Shown: piece after piece, positions 40,255 to 53,200 of the stretch
Position numbering within the stretch: position 1 is the stretch's first letter
How the letters are laid out: each line of letters starts with the position of its first letter
Assembly (NCBI GenBank): GCA_013265495.1
Contig: MU058065.1
Span: 372,001-436,000 of the forward strand
DNA: 64,000 bases
Direction: 5' to 3'
Source: Vicugna vicugna
Lineage: Eukaryota
Notes under the pieces: model-generated
Database searches by the model: none
What the model was told of the DNA's origin: nothing
Seen by the model: the letters and a program-made list of their open reading frames with translations, nothing else
Made by a program: the position numbers and the translations under genes

Positions 40255-40395
40255 GAGCAGCATTTCATAAAACCGCTTGGGAGTCTTGTTCAAATGCAGA
40301 TTCTGTTCGTAGATCTGTGATTTTGCTTTTCTAATAGAAATGCAGCAGGTGATGTCAAAGCTGCTGGTTCCCAGACCACACTTTGCACAGCAAGT
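40255..40395 (-). mobile_element. MER5A1-like (hAT-Charlie)
   Basis: cttgttcaaatgcagattctg...ggtgatgtcaaagctgctggttcccagaccacactttgcacagcaag. Confidence 0.7.
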
Positions 40396-40404
40396 CCCTA
40401 GTAA

Positions 40405-40603
40405 CCGTGCTGTCTGATAAAGGAGCCACTCACTACATGTGGCTCTTTAAATTTCTATTAAATAAAAGGAAATAATTTAGTCCTTATTCTCATTAGCCAC
40501 ATTTTGAATGCTCAGTAACCACTCATGGCTAGTGCCTGCAGTTTTGGGCAGCACAGGATAGAACATTCTCATAATCTCAGAAACGTCTATTGGACAACTC
40601 TGC
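40405..40603 (-). mobile_element. MER3 (hAT-Charlie), near full length
   Basis: gtgctgtctgataaaggagccactcactacatgtggct...tagaacattctcataatctcagaaacgtctattggaca. Confidence 0.8.
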
Positions 40604-42459
40604 TCTAGAAGATGGAGTCTAGATTGAATACAATGCTATAAACAGGACGTGGCTTCTCGAAATTTCAAGGTAGCACCATTTCCCAGAGAAGCGGTCTACA
40701 GTTTCAGAAGGTACAGATTCAAAGGTCCAGCACTTCCTAAGCCAGGGTGGAATGTGAGCCACAGGAGACTTCTCTTGGGATCTTCATCTCCTGTTTGTAC
40801 ACAAGATGCCCAGCGCCCATCACTACCCTCCACTGAGACACGTGCATACTCTTGAGTGCTTTGTTTCAGTTCTTGACTGTGGTTCTTGACTTGGTACTCT
40901 AGATATATATTTTGATTAAATAATTTAAAAGCTGTAGAGTAGCTCCTTACCTCCCTAGAATTCATATGTGGCAATCACATATGTTATAACCAAGAATTGG
41001 AGAAGGCTGTTGGTAGGCAAATACCACCAACAAATGAGAACTTAGTAATTAAGTGACTATAAACATGTATTTATAAAACACGCTATGCATATGGCAATAC
41101 GTAGGTCTTGGTGGTGATGGAATAACCATCTCTGATCTCAAGGTGAGCTTATTGACACGCAATCAACTCTTACTTTATTATAGCTTATTATTCTCAATGT
41201 CTTACAGGAGCAGGGTATACACATGTTCTAAGCGATGCTTAGGTGTTTCCAATTTAGCTCCGAAGCCCTTTTCCAGTGTGTAAATGTCACTACCTCATGC
41301 ACGGCACTTGAGAATGCCTTCTGAGCACAGGAGGACTTGTGCAATTCCGTCAGTCCTATTCTTTGGACGGGCTTCGGCATGAACAGGACCTCTGTGGCGA
41401 TAAGTACGTGGCACGCTTCTTAAGGTTTCTCTGTGACGGAGATGCAGATTGGATTTTTGGCGTCACACGCTCTCCAGTGTCATTCCTCTGGGGTCACATA
41501 AGTCTTCAGTATTTCTGTCTCCTGAGAGCTGGCATGACAAGTATACATTTGGCCTGAGCATGTGGTGATGTGAGATCGCTGGCCCGGATGAGGACGTGGG
41601 GGTTAATTCTCTCAAGTTCCTGTAAGGGTAAATGCAGGGCATTTCAGCTACAAGTTAAGGTTGTGATCCTCAGCAAGGCTCTGCCTCACACTGAGACAGA
41701 TACACAGTCAGGAAAGGGGTTAGAGACCAACCAGTGCTTCCTTGCCACGGAGAGGCTGTCCAGCTGAGAGCTGAATCATCTCAGGGCTGTGTGTTGGTGA
41801 CTTGAGTAGGGGTGGGGGTGGGGAGGCCAGTAATAACATCTTTCTTCCCCTCCTGAGATGGGAACCAGTGGAGAAATGGGCACTGGAGTCAGACAGCACA
41901 CTTCTGCTGTTAGGCAGGTGGATTCCAAATCAACTGGGGAAGAAAGAAGATCAGTTCTTTTTGCCAAACGTACCTCCTGATAAGTCAGTTTCTCCTCCAC
42001 TGGGGAAGAGTGTGGGTTGAGAGAAGCCAAGCCCTTTACTCCTAAGACCTCCCTCTCTATCAGCAAGTGGAAGAACTTCCTTGAGTCAGATGGTTACCTA
42101 GTGACCAGGTAAATAACTCCACCCCTGCAGGTAGGAGTGAGTTGGAGCCATAGGTCAGGAGAATTTAGGGAAAATCTCTTTTCATGGAAGTGATAGTAGT
42201 TAAAAAAAAAAAAAAGTATTTTTCTTTTGCAGTGAGAAACTCAATAAGTCTCTGGCATAGAAAAATCTTCCTTGTGCTGATTTGAAATCTCACATTTTCT
42301 TTTCTCGCTCTAGACTGATGCCTAATATTAAACAAAAGTCTTGAGCCCTTTCTCAGGAGCCGGGTCCCAGTAATGCAAAGATGCGCTGAGCTCCATCTCT
42401 GTCCTCAAGCGACTTGAGCCTGGGAGGCAGATAGATTTGAAAGTAAACAAGTAGAACTC

Positions 42460-42890
42460 ACTGTTGACTTCCCTGGAAGCTGGCGCAGAGGTGATGCTTA
42501 ACGTGTGAAATGTTTATTGGGAAAGGTCCCTGGAATCAACGCCTGTTGAAGGGGGGGATGATGCAGGATTGGGCAGAGGGAGCTGAGCCGGGAGGGAGGC
42601 CTCGGGAGAGCCGCAGCTGATTGCGCAAGAGGCTCTGGCACTAAACTGGTCCGTTGGAGTTGACCTGACAGGCTGAAATAGCTTGGCCTCACATGCCACT
42701 GGCTCCTTCCTTGGATGTGGGCCGCCCTGACAAGGCAGTGATCTTGAGACAGGTTTTTCTCTGCACCCGAGGGAATCCCTGAAGGGGCTGACAGCTGATA
42801 GTGGTGTGCCACCGGCTCTCCCAGTACCTGATGTCTCTCCTTCCTTGATGTGTGGTTTAGGTGGCTGTGTTGGAGCAGGCAGATAGCTAG
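42460..42890 (-). mobile_element. LTR16-family (ERVL) solo LTR
   Basis: tttattgggaaagg (antisense poly(A) signal), gcaggattgggcagagggag, ttggatgtgggccgcccc, gaaggggctgacagctga. Confidence 0.8.
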
Positions 42891-42940
42891 ATATGAGCAG
42901 AGAAAAGGGGAAGTGGGCCAAATGGCAGGAATGGGCAGAG

Positions 42941-43506
42941 AGAGGAGGGCTGCGAGCTAACTGTCAGGAAACCAGACATCTTGTGAACAGTGGGGGTCCT
43001 CGGGCAGACAGAGAAAAGCGGGAACCTCCAGACTGATAAGAAATTACACATTTTGGGGTGACAAGCAACCTGGAGGCAGGCAAAGAAAGGTGGGAAAAGG
43101 CAAGAATCACCAGCGTCCAAATGTAACCTTTTGCACATTATGCCTTCATTACAATGAAATTAGCCTTGCAAATGAGAAGTATCCATCATGCACTAATGCC
43201 GTGACACTTCCAATCAAGACTAAACAAGGACAGAAATCCTTCCTTCCCTCGAGAAGGTGGAGCTGGGATGAAAATCAGGGAATACGACCCCAAACCCCTT
43301 CCGCCCCAATGAATACTCCGCCCATTCACTTTTACACCTTATGTAACCAACTTACCAAAGAAACTCAGGGCAGCTGCTCGCCTGAGTCTGACCACTCGCC
43401 CCTTGAGAACACACTGTCTATCCCTTAATAAATCCTCACTCTTACTTTCTTGAGTGCCTTATCTCTGAATTCTTTCTGCAATGAGATGAGTACCTAATCA
43501 CTGGCA
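42941..43506 (+). mobile_element. ERV1-type solo LTR, probably lineage-specific
   Basis: GC boxes/CCAAT at 43301-43323, AATAAA at 43427-43432, U5-like ctctgaattctttctgcaatgag, ends ...ggca; possible 4 bp TSD agag (42937-42940/43507-43510) if the 5' TG mutated to AG. Confidence 0.65.
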
Positions 43507-43789
43507 AGAGTTGGACCCCAAGCCCCTCTCTCAAAAGATAAGAGTAGGACTCTGTCTGACAACAGCCCTCTCCAGTGCAAATATTCCACAAAATCTCCTC
43601 TCTCCACATTCAGGCCCACTTCCATTTACTCAAAGTGAGGGAAGTGGTTTAAGAAGCTCAGGTTGGTTCTTTTCCTTATATCCGCTAGCCTAGGTCAGTC
43701 ACACGCCTCTCTGGCACCTGGCATCTGTTGAGGGGTCGGGGGAAGTTCCCATTGGAACATCTTGCTGTGTATACCTAAGGGCAGGTTGG

Positions 43790-44235
43790 CCATTCAGAGG
43801 GACTGTTGGGCTCTGAGACTGAAAGGCTACCTGGGGTCAGTTTGCAAAGGGAGCTGTGTGTTACGGTAAGAAATCTGAACTTTGGCGTTGATGAGACACT
43901 ATTGGAAGATTATTCTCTTTGGTACCCATGGGTCAGGTCACTGGTTTGACCCAGGTAACGGTGGCAGTGTAGAGCATGCGTTGAAGGAGGAAGAGACTGG
44001 AGACTTGGAGACAAACTTAAGAGACCAGGAAGCTGTTGAAGAGAGTGGTGATGAGATCCAGAGCAGAGTGTAGGCAGGGAGATCAGGGATGGGGGCTCTG
44101 AGGGAGGATTTTGGAGATTAGACCGACAGGGTTTGAAGACCGATTAGATATCAGAGGTGAGAATGAAGTTAGAGTGACTTAGTTTTTCAACTTGAGCCCA
44201 TATGTGTATGAGGGGGAGGAATGGAGCTATTTCTG
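43790..44235 (-). mobile_element. L2 fragment
   Basis: ggtaagaaatctgaactt...gagaccaggaagctgttgaa...gaccgacagggtttgaagaccgattagat. Confidence 0.6.
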
Positions 44236-44994
44236 TTGCAAAATGTATTCTAAAACAAGCATAGGAAAATATTTATCAATAAGGTAATATATTTTTTCCA
44301 TGTGTACACTTGTTTTGTAACAATTTTTCAGGCAAAGAAAGTTTGAGTGGGCATTGAAACTTTCCAAAACAGTAACTCAAGGTTGACAACAAGATTCACA
44401 ATCATTTATTAGGCATTTTCTATGTGCTAGGCATTGGGGCCCTCTTAAATCATCCTATTACACTTCACACTACTGTCCTGTAGATGAGAAAAGGAAAATG
44501 GTGTATCCAAGACTGGAATGACCATTGAAAGCTCATATTTTATTTTTATAACCAATTCAAAACCTTACTCAAGGTGGGATCTGTCTCTTCCTGTATAGGT
44601 CCCCTGGGTCATTCCACCTCTGCTGGTAACGTGTATGCCCCATCGCTGGCAGCTAAGGGGTTAAGGGTAAGGTAGCTGATTCTGCAGGCAGTCTATGCCA
44701 GCAATTTGTGGTATGGAATGTTGATGTGCTGAGGGAGAAAAAAAAAAAAAGGATGTTCTAGTTGCCAGGATTTCTTACATAGAAACAAAACTTCCATTCA
44801 CATCCTGCTGAATTTTCAGGACCTAATTAGATGTGGGACCAAATATTAAAGTTTCTTCACTCAACAAGAGCACAGATGAACACTGATAAAGGTTAATAGG
44901 ATTTTCAGACTTTTTTTTTTAAATTTTAAGAATTATAGATTTGATCAATGTTAAGCTCTACAGACTAATGTATCCATTCTTTAGCTGACAGTAT

Positions 44995-45150
44995 ATTACA
45001 TTTGAGAAGCACTTTGTGTTTTATAAACAGCTCCCTCGCATGGAATCCCATTTGATCGTCTAATAATGTAAGACTGAGTGACTCAGAGGGCTGAGTGTGC
45101 TGTCAAATCTCACCCAGCTACTAGGAGTCGGGAACCAAGTTTCATACTTG
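44995..45150 (-). mobile_element. MIR fragment
   Basis: atcccatttgatcgtctaataa...ctcacccagctactaggagtcgggaaccaag. Confidence 0.5.
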
Positions 45151-47328
45151 GCACTTCCCATTTCAAATTCAATACTTTGAAAAATTTTCTCACCACCCTT
45201 AGGAATTTTATTGGCCAAACAGTAATCAAAAGCACATGATGCTAATTTCATTTTTCTAGTTTGTTGCATATTAATATATAGAAACATTATTTTAATTCTA
45301 TTACTGTTACAAGTAGAGTTTGAATGAAGTGAATGAAACGTCGGGTCTTTTTTTTTTTTTCTTGACCTAGAAAAACAAAACACAATAGAGAACAGGAGAC
45401 AGATTCATTTTTTATAGTGGCAGGGGACTGATGACATCCAGTTAACCCAAGGATTTGCATAGAGTTTGCATTGTTTTTGTGAAATGTTGTGGACCGCTAT
45501 GCTATTGAGTTGAGTAATGGCATTAGAATTTGGACTTTGAAATTAAGACAAACAGATATGTCTTGGTGATATACAAAGGCTGGCTTCTTTTGCCTGAGAT
45601 TTGCAGACAGGGATTTCTGTGTCGTTCAGTGATGAAGGGTGCCAAATGTAGCCAGGAACTGTTTCAGCAATCATAGAGGTTGTTTTTCCAATTGGGCCAA
45701 TCTGCCAGACTGGCAGACAGAAAACTAACAGAAATATTAAATATAGACAGCTTCTATAGTTGAATCTTGTTTTTCCCTCTCTCTGCTGGAAGCCAAGATA
45801 AAATAGTAGCCTGTGTGTAGGTCATTAAAAACACACACAGATACACACACCACGTTGTGTGTTTGCACTGTTAAATTAAGTCTTTGTGGACTCAATAGCT
45901 GGGTGTCAAAACAGTTGTTGCAGATGTATTAGGTGACTGAAGCAGCCCTTCATTCATGATGCTCTCCCCAGATACTCTGCCCAGGAGGCTCCCTGTCACA
46001 CTGTGAAGGAGTCCATTCTTTGCTGACCCACACACCTTGGGGAATCATTTCGGGGGAAGCGCCATCCTCGAGTTTCCAAATTCACACTCTTGAGGTCTTG
46101 TAAACTTGATGGATGTGTGTTGGAGGACTTGATAGACTAGTCGGTTTTATTTCCAGGATTTGTTTCCATGCGTGGCCAACAAAGATGCATAATTATGTGC
46201 AATTCTTTTCCTGGCCACAAATGTAACAGAAGTGAGCTCAGTTAGCTTCTGTGACCACAATTTATGTAGAGAAAAAACCCTCCTCTCGGATTCAGAGAAA
46301 TGATGATGCAATCACATTGCAACATACATACGTGGCTTCCCCAGATGCCCCTGGGGTACAGAAGGGCCTTATGCAGCCTGCGTGGCACTACGGTCCTCCT
46401 GTCCTGTGCATATCCTTCTGTTGCTTGCTCAGCTTCCTTGTGAAATAGATTCCTACCTCTTTTGCTCTGTATTTCTTAGGAAGAAAAGAGTTTAAACAAA
46501 ATGATGTAAAGAGAACTTCTGTTTAGTAGAACTGATCAACATTCATTTAGGAAAAAAAATCTTCCAAATGATGTTATCATCTCCTAGGCAGGAAGTGTAC
46601 AGAGTAGTGGGCTCTGGCACAGCTCATTTGGAATCACTTTCTCCACCTCCTCTTTCCTTTCCATCAGTAACACCAGCAAATGAGATGGCAATGTCTCCAA
46701 TATTGAAAGTAGCATTTAATGTACATGTTTCTATAAGGATGGGGAATTATGACTTTTTCGTCTGTTTTAAAGAGTTTGGATTATCTGACCCTTTGGCCAA
46801 AGTAATGTGTGAATTCCTGGAGCAGTAAACAACGTCGTCTTCCACCTAAAACCCGTTGCTTCTTGCCAGGCTTGGAGGTGTACATCCGAAATGAAAAAAA
46901 AAAAAATTGCTCCATTTCCCCTTTGTTATGTCAGAGGCAGAGAATAAGATGAAGGGGTTAGAAAAAATTTATTCTTCAAATAATCCACACCCCAGAATAA
47001 AGAGCACAGATAATCATTTCTGGATAATTATATGTTGGCAACATTTGTTGACTAGTTTGATCTGATTTCTCAAATGAGACTCTTCACTATTTTATATAAA
47101 GAATATATACAATTATTACGTATTATATATATATATTTTATATATATATGACAATGAACTTCTTGTACCCAAAAGCGAATCTGTGGCCTAGTAACCCTAC
47201 GCATGCGGGAAGACATCATTGCAATCCTTCTCTTCAATATGGGATAATCCCTTTGCACAGAAGAGCCCTCTGTCCTGCGTATAAATGTTTGGTTGATGAT
47301 TCAGAACTGTTTGGCATCTTTTAGGTTG

Positions 47329-47520
47329 ACTGTAGAGCACAGGGAAATATATACAAGATCTTGTGGTAGCTCACAGTGGAAAAAAATGTGACAATGAATA
47401 TATGTATGTTCATGTATAACTGAAAAATATGCTCTACACTGGAGTTTGACACAGCATTGTAAAATGACTAAAACTCAATGAAAAAATGTAAAAAAGTAAA
47501 AATTAAAAAAAGAAAGAAAA
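47329..47520 (+). mobile_element. L1 3' end of a distinct, probably camelid-specific subfamily
   Basis: gcacagggaaatatatacaagatcttgtggtagctcacag...tgctctacactggagtttgacacagcattgtaaaatgact plus A-rich tail. Confidence 0.88.
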
Positions 47521-47580
47521 TCTATATGGTTCCTACATGCAAGTAAATAAATAAATAAGAAAAAAACAAGAAAAAGAAAC

Positions 47581-48118
47581 TACTAGTATTTGTTATCGAT
47601 GGAAGCTTAAAAAATTACCACAGTTTTGCGGCCTAAAACAACATAAATTTATTATCTGACAGTCTTGAAAACCTAAAGTCTGATGTGGATCTTACTAGGC
47701 TAAAACCAAGGGGTTTGTAGGCCTGGGTATCTTTTTGAGGTTGTAGGGGAGAATCCGGTCCCCTGCCTGGTCCAGCTTCTAGAGGCTGCCGACATTTTTT
47801 GCTTCATGGCTCTCTTCCATTTTCAGAGTCAGCCATGGAGTGTTGGGTCATTCCCATGTTGTATCGCCCGGACCTCAGCTTCCTTATTCTTATTCTCTGA
47901 CTAATGACTCTTCTTCTGCCTCCTTCTCCCACTTCTAAAACTCCTTTGTGATTGCGCTGGGCCCACCCGGATAATCTCCCCATCTCAAGCTTAGCTGATT
48001 AGCAAAGTTAATTCCATCTGCAACCTTCATTTTCCCTTACTGTGTACCATAACATGTTCATAACTGGCGGAGATTAGGGGTGGACGTCACTGATGGGGGG
48101 CTTCATTCTGGCTACCGT
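47581..48118 (-). mobile_element. MLT1C/D solo LTR
   Basis: aattaccacag...taaaacaacataaatttattatct...ccagcttctagaggctgcc...gggcccacccggataatctccccatctcaag. Confidence 0.9.
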
Positions 48119-50074
48119 AACCGCCCGCATCTTAGATTTAACTAACGAAGGTCAAGGTTGAGTTCTTCAACTGGTTTAGGGAAAGTTAGCTGGAAGTGGA
48201 AATAAGATTTCTTGGATAAATGCTCAGGAACCTCACCCCAAGGCTGAACCTCTTTGTTTATAGTAGATGTATGACTGCAGGAGGCCATCCTGCAGGATCG
48301 GGTCAGAACCAAGACATTGGGTCTTCGGGATTCCCCAAACACTGTTGTGGCACTCTTTTCTAACACAAGGATAGTAGTCTTAAACAGCAGGGAATTGACA
48401 TTTACTGACTATATATACTAACTATATATGCTTGGTTCTAAATGTATTATTATTACTATTCATACAAATGATTATACTGCATAAACACTGGTAATTTACC
48501 AGCATGTTTGTCTTGGAGAAGACAACATGGTCCCTGAGAGGAGGCTCCAAGCCCCTGGGTTTCTACCTTTGCTCAGGCACCCACTGAGCCTTGCCCATCT
48601 GCGGGACAAACACCTCTGTTAGATTAGATCATTTCAGAGGGTATTTCAGACCAGGCAGCTGTCCTGGTACAACAGCCCTATGCCAGCTGTTGAGAGGTGC
48701 TCTGAACTCTCCTGAACTGTGCAATGTTCCCTCCTCTCATTTGAATCTCAGAATTCTAGCTGTGTACTCAGGTTTTAGATTTGACCCCTCTGCCTCTACC
48801 CGGCCTGGACTTCTGGACAGGGGTCCTGAACTCAGTTCTTCAAGGTTTGCCCACTATCTTTGAGCCAGTCATTGCAAATTGGAATTTCATTAATTTTTGT
48901 TTCCTTCATTCTTATGCCTCCTTCTACCTTCATTCCAACATTTGGGATGCAAAACTCTCTGCTAGGTCTCACTGACCTTGCCAGGCTTTATCTCAGCCTT
49001 TCGGATCTTTCCCTTTCTGATTTCCCTGAACTTTGACCAGACAATGGTACGGAATCTCATTAATGTAGAAGAAGATGCCTTAATAGGAGAAACAAGGCAA
49101 CTTCTGATAAAGCACGTGACATGTAACTTCTTAGCAACAATTTTTAAGGGATGGGGAGGACAGGGAGTCACTCGTTCATATTTTAAATTCTGTAACAGTT
49201 AGAGCAGAGCGGTTACAAAGGGACTCTCAAATACCTTCACTGAATAGGGAGATTGTCAAGACCGGGAAAGAAGATTTTGGCCACAAAAATTTGAGTCACT
49301 GTATTAAAACAAATCTCCTTTTAAACTGACAGATTATTATTCTTTTAAATAAAAACAAAAAAGTTTTTTGGCTTTTAGAGGGAAATGTTTCTCAAATTTC
49401 AAATTACCTAGAAGCAGTTTTCTCCAGGACCTTTTGGAAATGAAATGAAGGCTACAGAGAAGGAGAGAGAAGTAGCTGAAAGCCAAAAGAAAAGCTACGG
49501 GGGAGTGCTGTGTTTCTTTGGAATCTGTCAACAGTGTTTGGGGCAGTTTGGGGACACAGAAGGAGGCTACTGTGTCTTCCAAGGTGGAGAGAGGGATGCT
49601 GTGCCTGTGAGGGGAATGATGGAAGCTCACTGGCCAAAGTAATTCTGAAGCCAATCCATCTCCTTGGTGGGGGGAACAACCCTCCTTCTTCTCTCACCAG
49701 CAAGTTGAGAACAGAGATGGGGGCGGAGAGTGGAGATTCAGCCTGGGGACCTCAGAAGTAATAACATTCTTAGAGAAACCCTTAGCAACATGAATGGGAC
49801 CTGACGGAGAGTATGGAAGCCTTGAATGAGAGTTTTACAGAGTAGATGCAATGAGGGCTAGAGATACGCCCACAACCTGTACATTCCTACGAAGACTTTT
49901 AAGCTCCAGCTCTGGGAGTCATAGAATGTTGAAAGGTCTCAGAGAGCCAGGAACCTGTTATGAGAAGCACTGTGTCCACAGGGTCCCACTGGCCATCTGC
50001 TGGTTGCAAACCAAATATTTTTGCCCCAGAATAGATGTTCTGTTGTGGTTCTTGCTCCATGGGGTCGGGGCCAG

Positions 50075-50280
50075 GTGGCAGGAGTTTGGATTCTGGGTTC
50101 CCTGATTACTCTCCAGGTGACCCCAATGTATTTAGCCTCTGTGTACCTTCTCTGTAGAATGGGAGTAATGATACATCTCTCTCTTAATGTGTAGCGTTGA
50201 GATGTATGTGAGGCCGTGATGCAAACATTTAGCACACTTCAGGGTACATTGAAGGCATCATTAAAAGTGAGCTGTGATTA
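50075..50280 (+). mobile_element. MIR SINE
   Basis: tttagcctctgtgtaccttctctgtagaatgggagtaatgatac...catttagcacac. Confidence 0.7.
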
Positions 50281-53200
50281 TACCATATTTATATTATGAT
50301 GGTTAGTTGAACTCATTAACCGGAGACACATGCTTGTAGCAGTAGCTGGAGTTCTGTTGCCTGAGTTTGTCCTACCTAAGGGTTAACTTGCAGATGTAAA
50401 CAAGTTCCCCTTGCCTCTTCCCAGGGGACTGACTTCAAAGTTGGGCTCACTGCACCCTACAATTTGAATTTGTACTGCTTTTGGTTCGACTGTGAAATTG
50501 TGGCATGCTAGAGCTTAATCCAGCCAGCCTTACTTTCTTCTGTATTCCTTTGCAGCCAGTTTGGCATGAGCTACGTCTTAAAGCTGGTTTCACACTCTAT
50601 TGTATCAAAGGTTAGAAGTCAACTTGAAACATGGCAGGAATGGACAGTAATAGCATTTGGCACCTAGATCCCCCTTTGATACAGTGTGAGGCATTTTAGA
50701 AACACTAACCTCAGTGGGGTTCTCAGATTGGGTCTGTTTTGAATTAGTCCCTCCAATCTGGGTGGTAAAATGTAAGCAGAGAGGTTAAATGAATTTATTC
50801 AAGTTCAGAAAGAGAGTGCTTTTCGAAACTGATACTCAGAACAAAATTCTTCATTGCTTTTCCATCACCCCCTCCCCTTCCGCTTGGCCGTCTCTGGAAT
50901 CAAATGCATTCTCTGACATTTCTAAGCCTTCCATGTCTAGAAGGAAATATTGAAGTACAACATTGGTCCACATTGTCCCTCTTTTAGGTGAATGGAGAGT
51001 TTGTTACAGGACAGGGTGCGTCAGGAGGGAAGAATCCTGCTGTGTCTGCTATTCCGGCCACCATGACTGTTTATCAAGTTACTGGAATGAAGGGAGCTGG
51101 GAAGTCTTTCCCGGGAACTCGTCACGGCCCCGGTGGTCCAGGAGGGGATTCTGGACGCTCGCCGTTGGAAGGGGAGCAGCTCAAAACTGATGTTGAACAT
51201 TCCCTTTTATTTTCTAAAAGTAGTGTTTTCGGCAGACCCCCTTCCCCCCAAACCCAGGAAAGTTCTAGGGCTGACGGCTTTCTAAGATGGAAATGATATA
51301 GAAAAAGAAGAAAAAGGAGGGGGAGGAGGGGGAGGAAGAGCAGAAAGAAAAAGCAGAGGAAAAATATTTTTTTCTCCTAAATATTTACCGAGGGAAAACA
51401 CATCTCTTGGCAAAACGGAAAATCACAATATTTCTTTCTTTCTTTTATCTTTTTTTCTTCTAGGATAAGAAAACACTTCAAATATTTGAATTTAGTTTTA
51501 GCCTGTGCATTTGAATTACAGGTAAACACAATAATGGGAGGTGACCTTGACCTGGGTATCGCCAATATTCGTGGAGAGATGGTGGGGTAATCTAATCAAA
51601 GAAGACTTCTTTTTCATCAATGTTCCTGCCCTACAGTGTATCACTGAGCTTTTGAATTTGGGATAGAGGGAATTGTCCTGTTGTGGGCTAAAATCTTTAC
51701 TCAAATTGATGCTCAAATTATTGACCCATCTATAAAGTTAGACATCTTTTGCTTACTTGTCTTACCAGATTCTCAACTGATAAAAGTTATTGTAAACTAT
51801 TTATCTGGGGCTCTGAGTTTCTCTCCAATCACTTGGTTAGGGAATAGCTTTCCACTTGTTTTCTATTTTAAGGCTCTCTGAATGTGGCCAGTTTGAGAAG
51901 CTAACAAATGCTTTTTAACATTCTGGACAATATGCCTTCATTACATTATGTGGCTGTTTCTGCTTAGTCGTGACTAAATCTATAGGCCAAACAAAGCAAG
52001 AGAGGCAGGATTTTATTTCTGTAGCTTTCTGGCTCATTTGAGAAGGAACTCCACCATACCGCCCTTCAAAGCTAATGCTAGAATACACTTCGGTGCTCAG
52101 CCTGGGCGCTCAGTCATGTTCCTGGCAAATTTCATGCCTTACTGAGGCTCCACTGGGAATGGTGAATCTCAGTGTTTCACAGTATCTCTTAAAGTCCCAC
52201 CTTGGTGTGAGGTTGCACAATACACAATATTTCCTTCATAGACCCTAGCAGCACGTTCATGGAAGCCTCAAACATCCACTCAGTCAAATCACTAGAATAC
52301 AGCTCCTGTGCAGACGTTCCACTTTGAGAAATAGAAAGTGCCCAGTAGACTCCTAGATGTTTCCTCCCGTGGTTAGTTTTGACATCTCCAGGCAATTAGG
52401 ACCAGTCAGTCTGAGCAGATGTGACATTCAGCATCCTTTTCCTTTCAGATTCTGAAAGACACCATGGAGAATGTCAAGCTTAAAGTTCACCTTTGGGCGG
52501 CTCCGATTATTTTTGAAAATCAAAATAAATTGATGTAAGATGTACTTTAATGGATATAAGACGGACTTTAAAGGATGAACCTTAAAATATACTTAAAGCC
52601 ATGTGGGGTCATTCTAAATGGAAAAAAAAAATCTTACGAGGCCAGATGGAGATCTCCCTTAGTGCTCTCTGACAGCGTCCTACGGTTGTAACTGATAGAT
52701 TAATATTGGAAAGGACTTGGCTTTCAGTGAGGAGTCCAGATTTTGCCAGTCACAGACCACGCTGACGTGGGCTTAGAAGCTTTACATTCTCCTAGCTCTT
52801 ACATATTCCAGTTTGTGAGTTTTCTCTTGTACCATCAGGGGAACAGGACTTTAAGAAACATCCCTGGCCAGTAACTCTTTTTATCACAGTCTCCAGATTC
52901 TCTATGTAAGAATAATTATCTGTGAACATTCTTTAAATTGTTCATCTAACTTTTTGGTGAAACAGATCCTCCAGCCCATTGTGCTGTTAACCCTATTTAT
53001 AATTCTTCTGGATAATAAACCTGCAAAATGAAGCATCTTTTACCAAGTCACTCCCCTCACAGCTGAAACTCTGAGGGCGAGATACCTGTTTAGAGCTTCT
53101 CCCCCGCTCAATACTTTTGAGCCTCTATCTATTTTGCAGGGGTCAGGAGGGGATGTCCAGTACCATTTCCTAGTGAGAAATGATTATTTTCTCTCTTTTT

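Noticed and set aside
47150..47325. Possible processed-pseudogene fragment before the L1
   Set aside because: The minus-strand translations I checked are unrecognisable and contain stops; no TSD found
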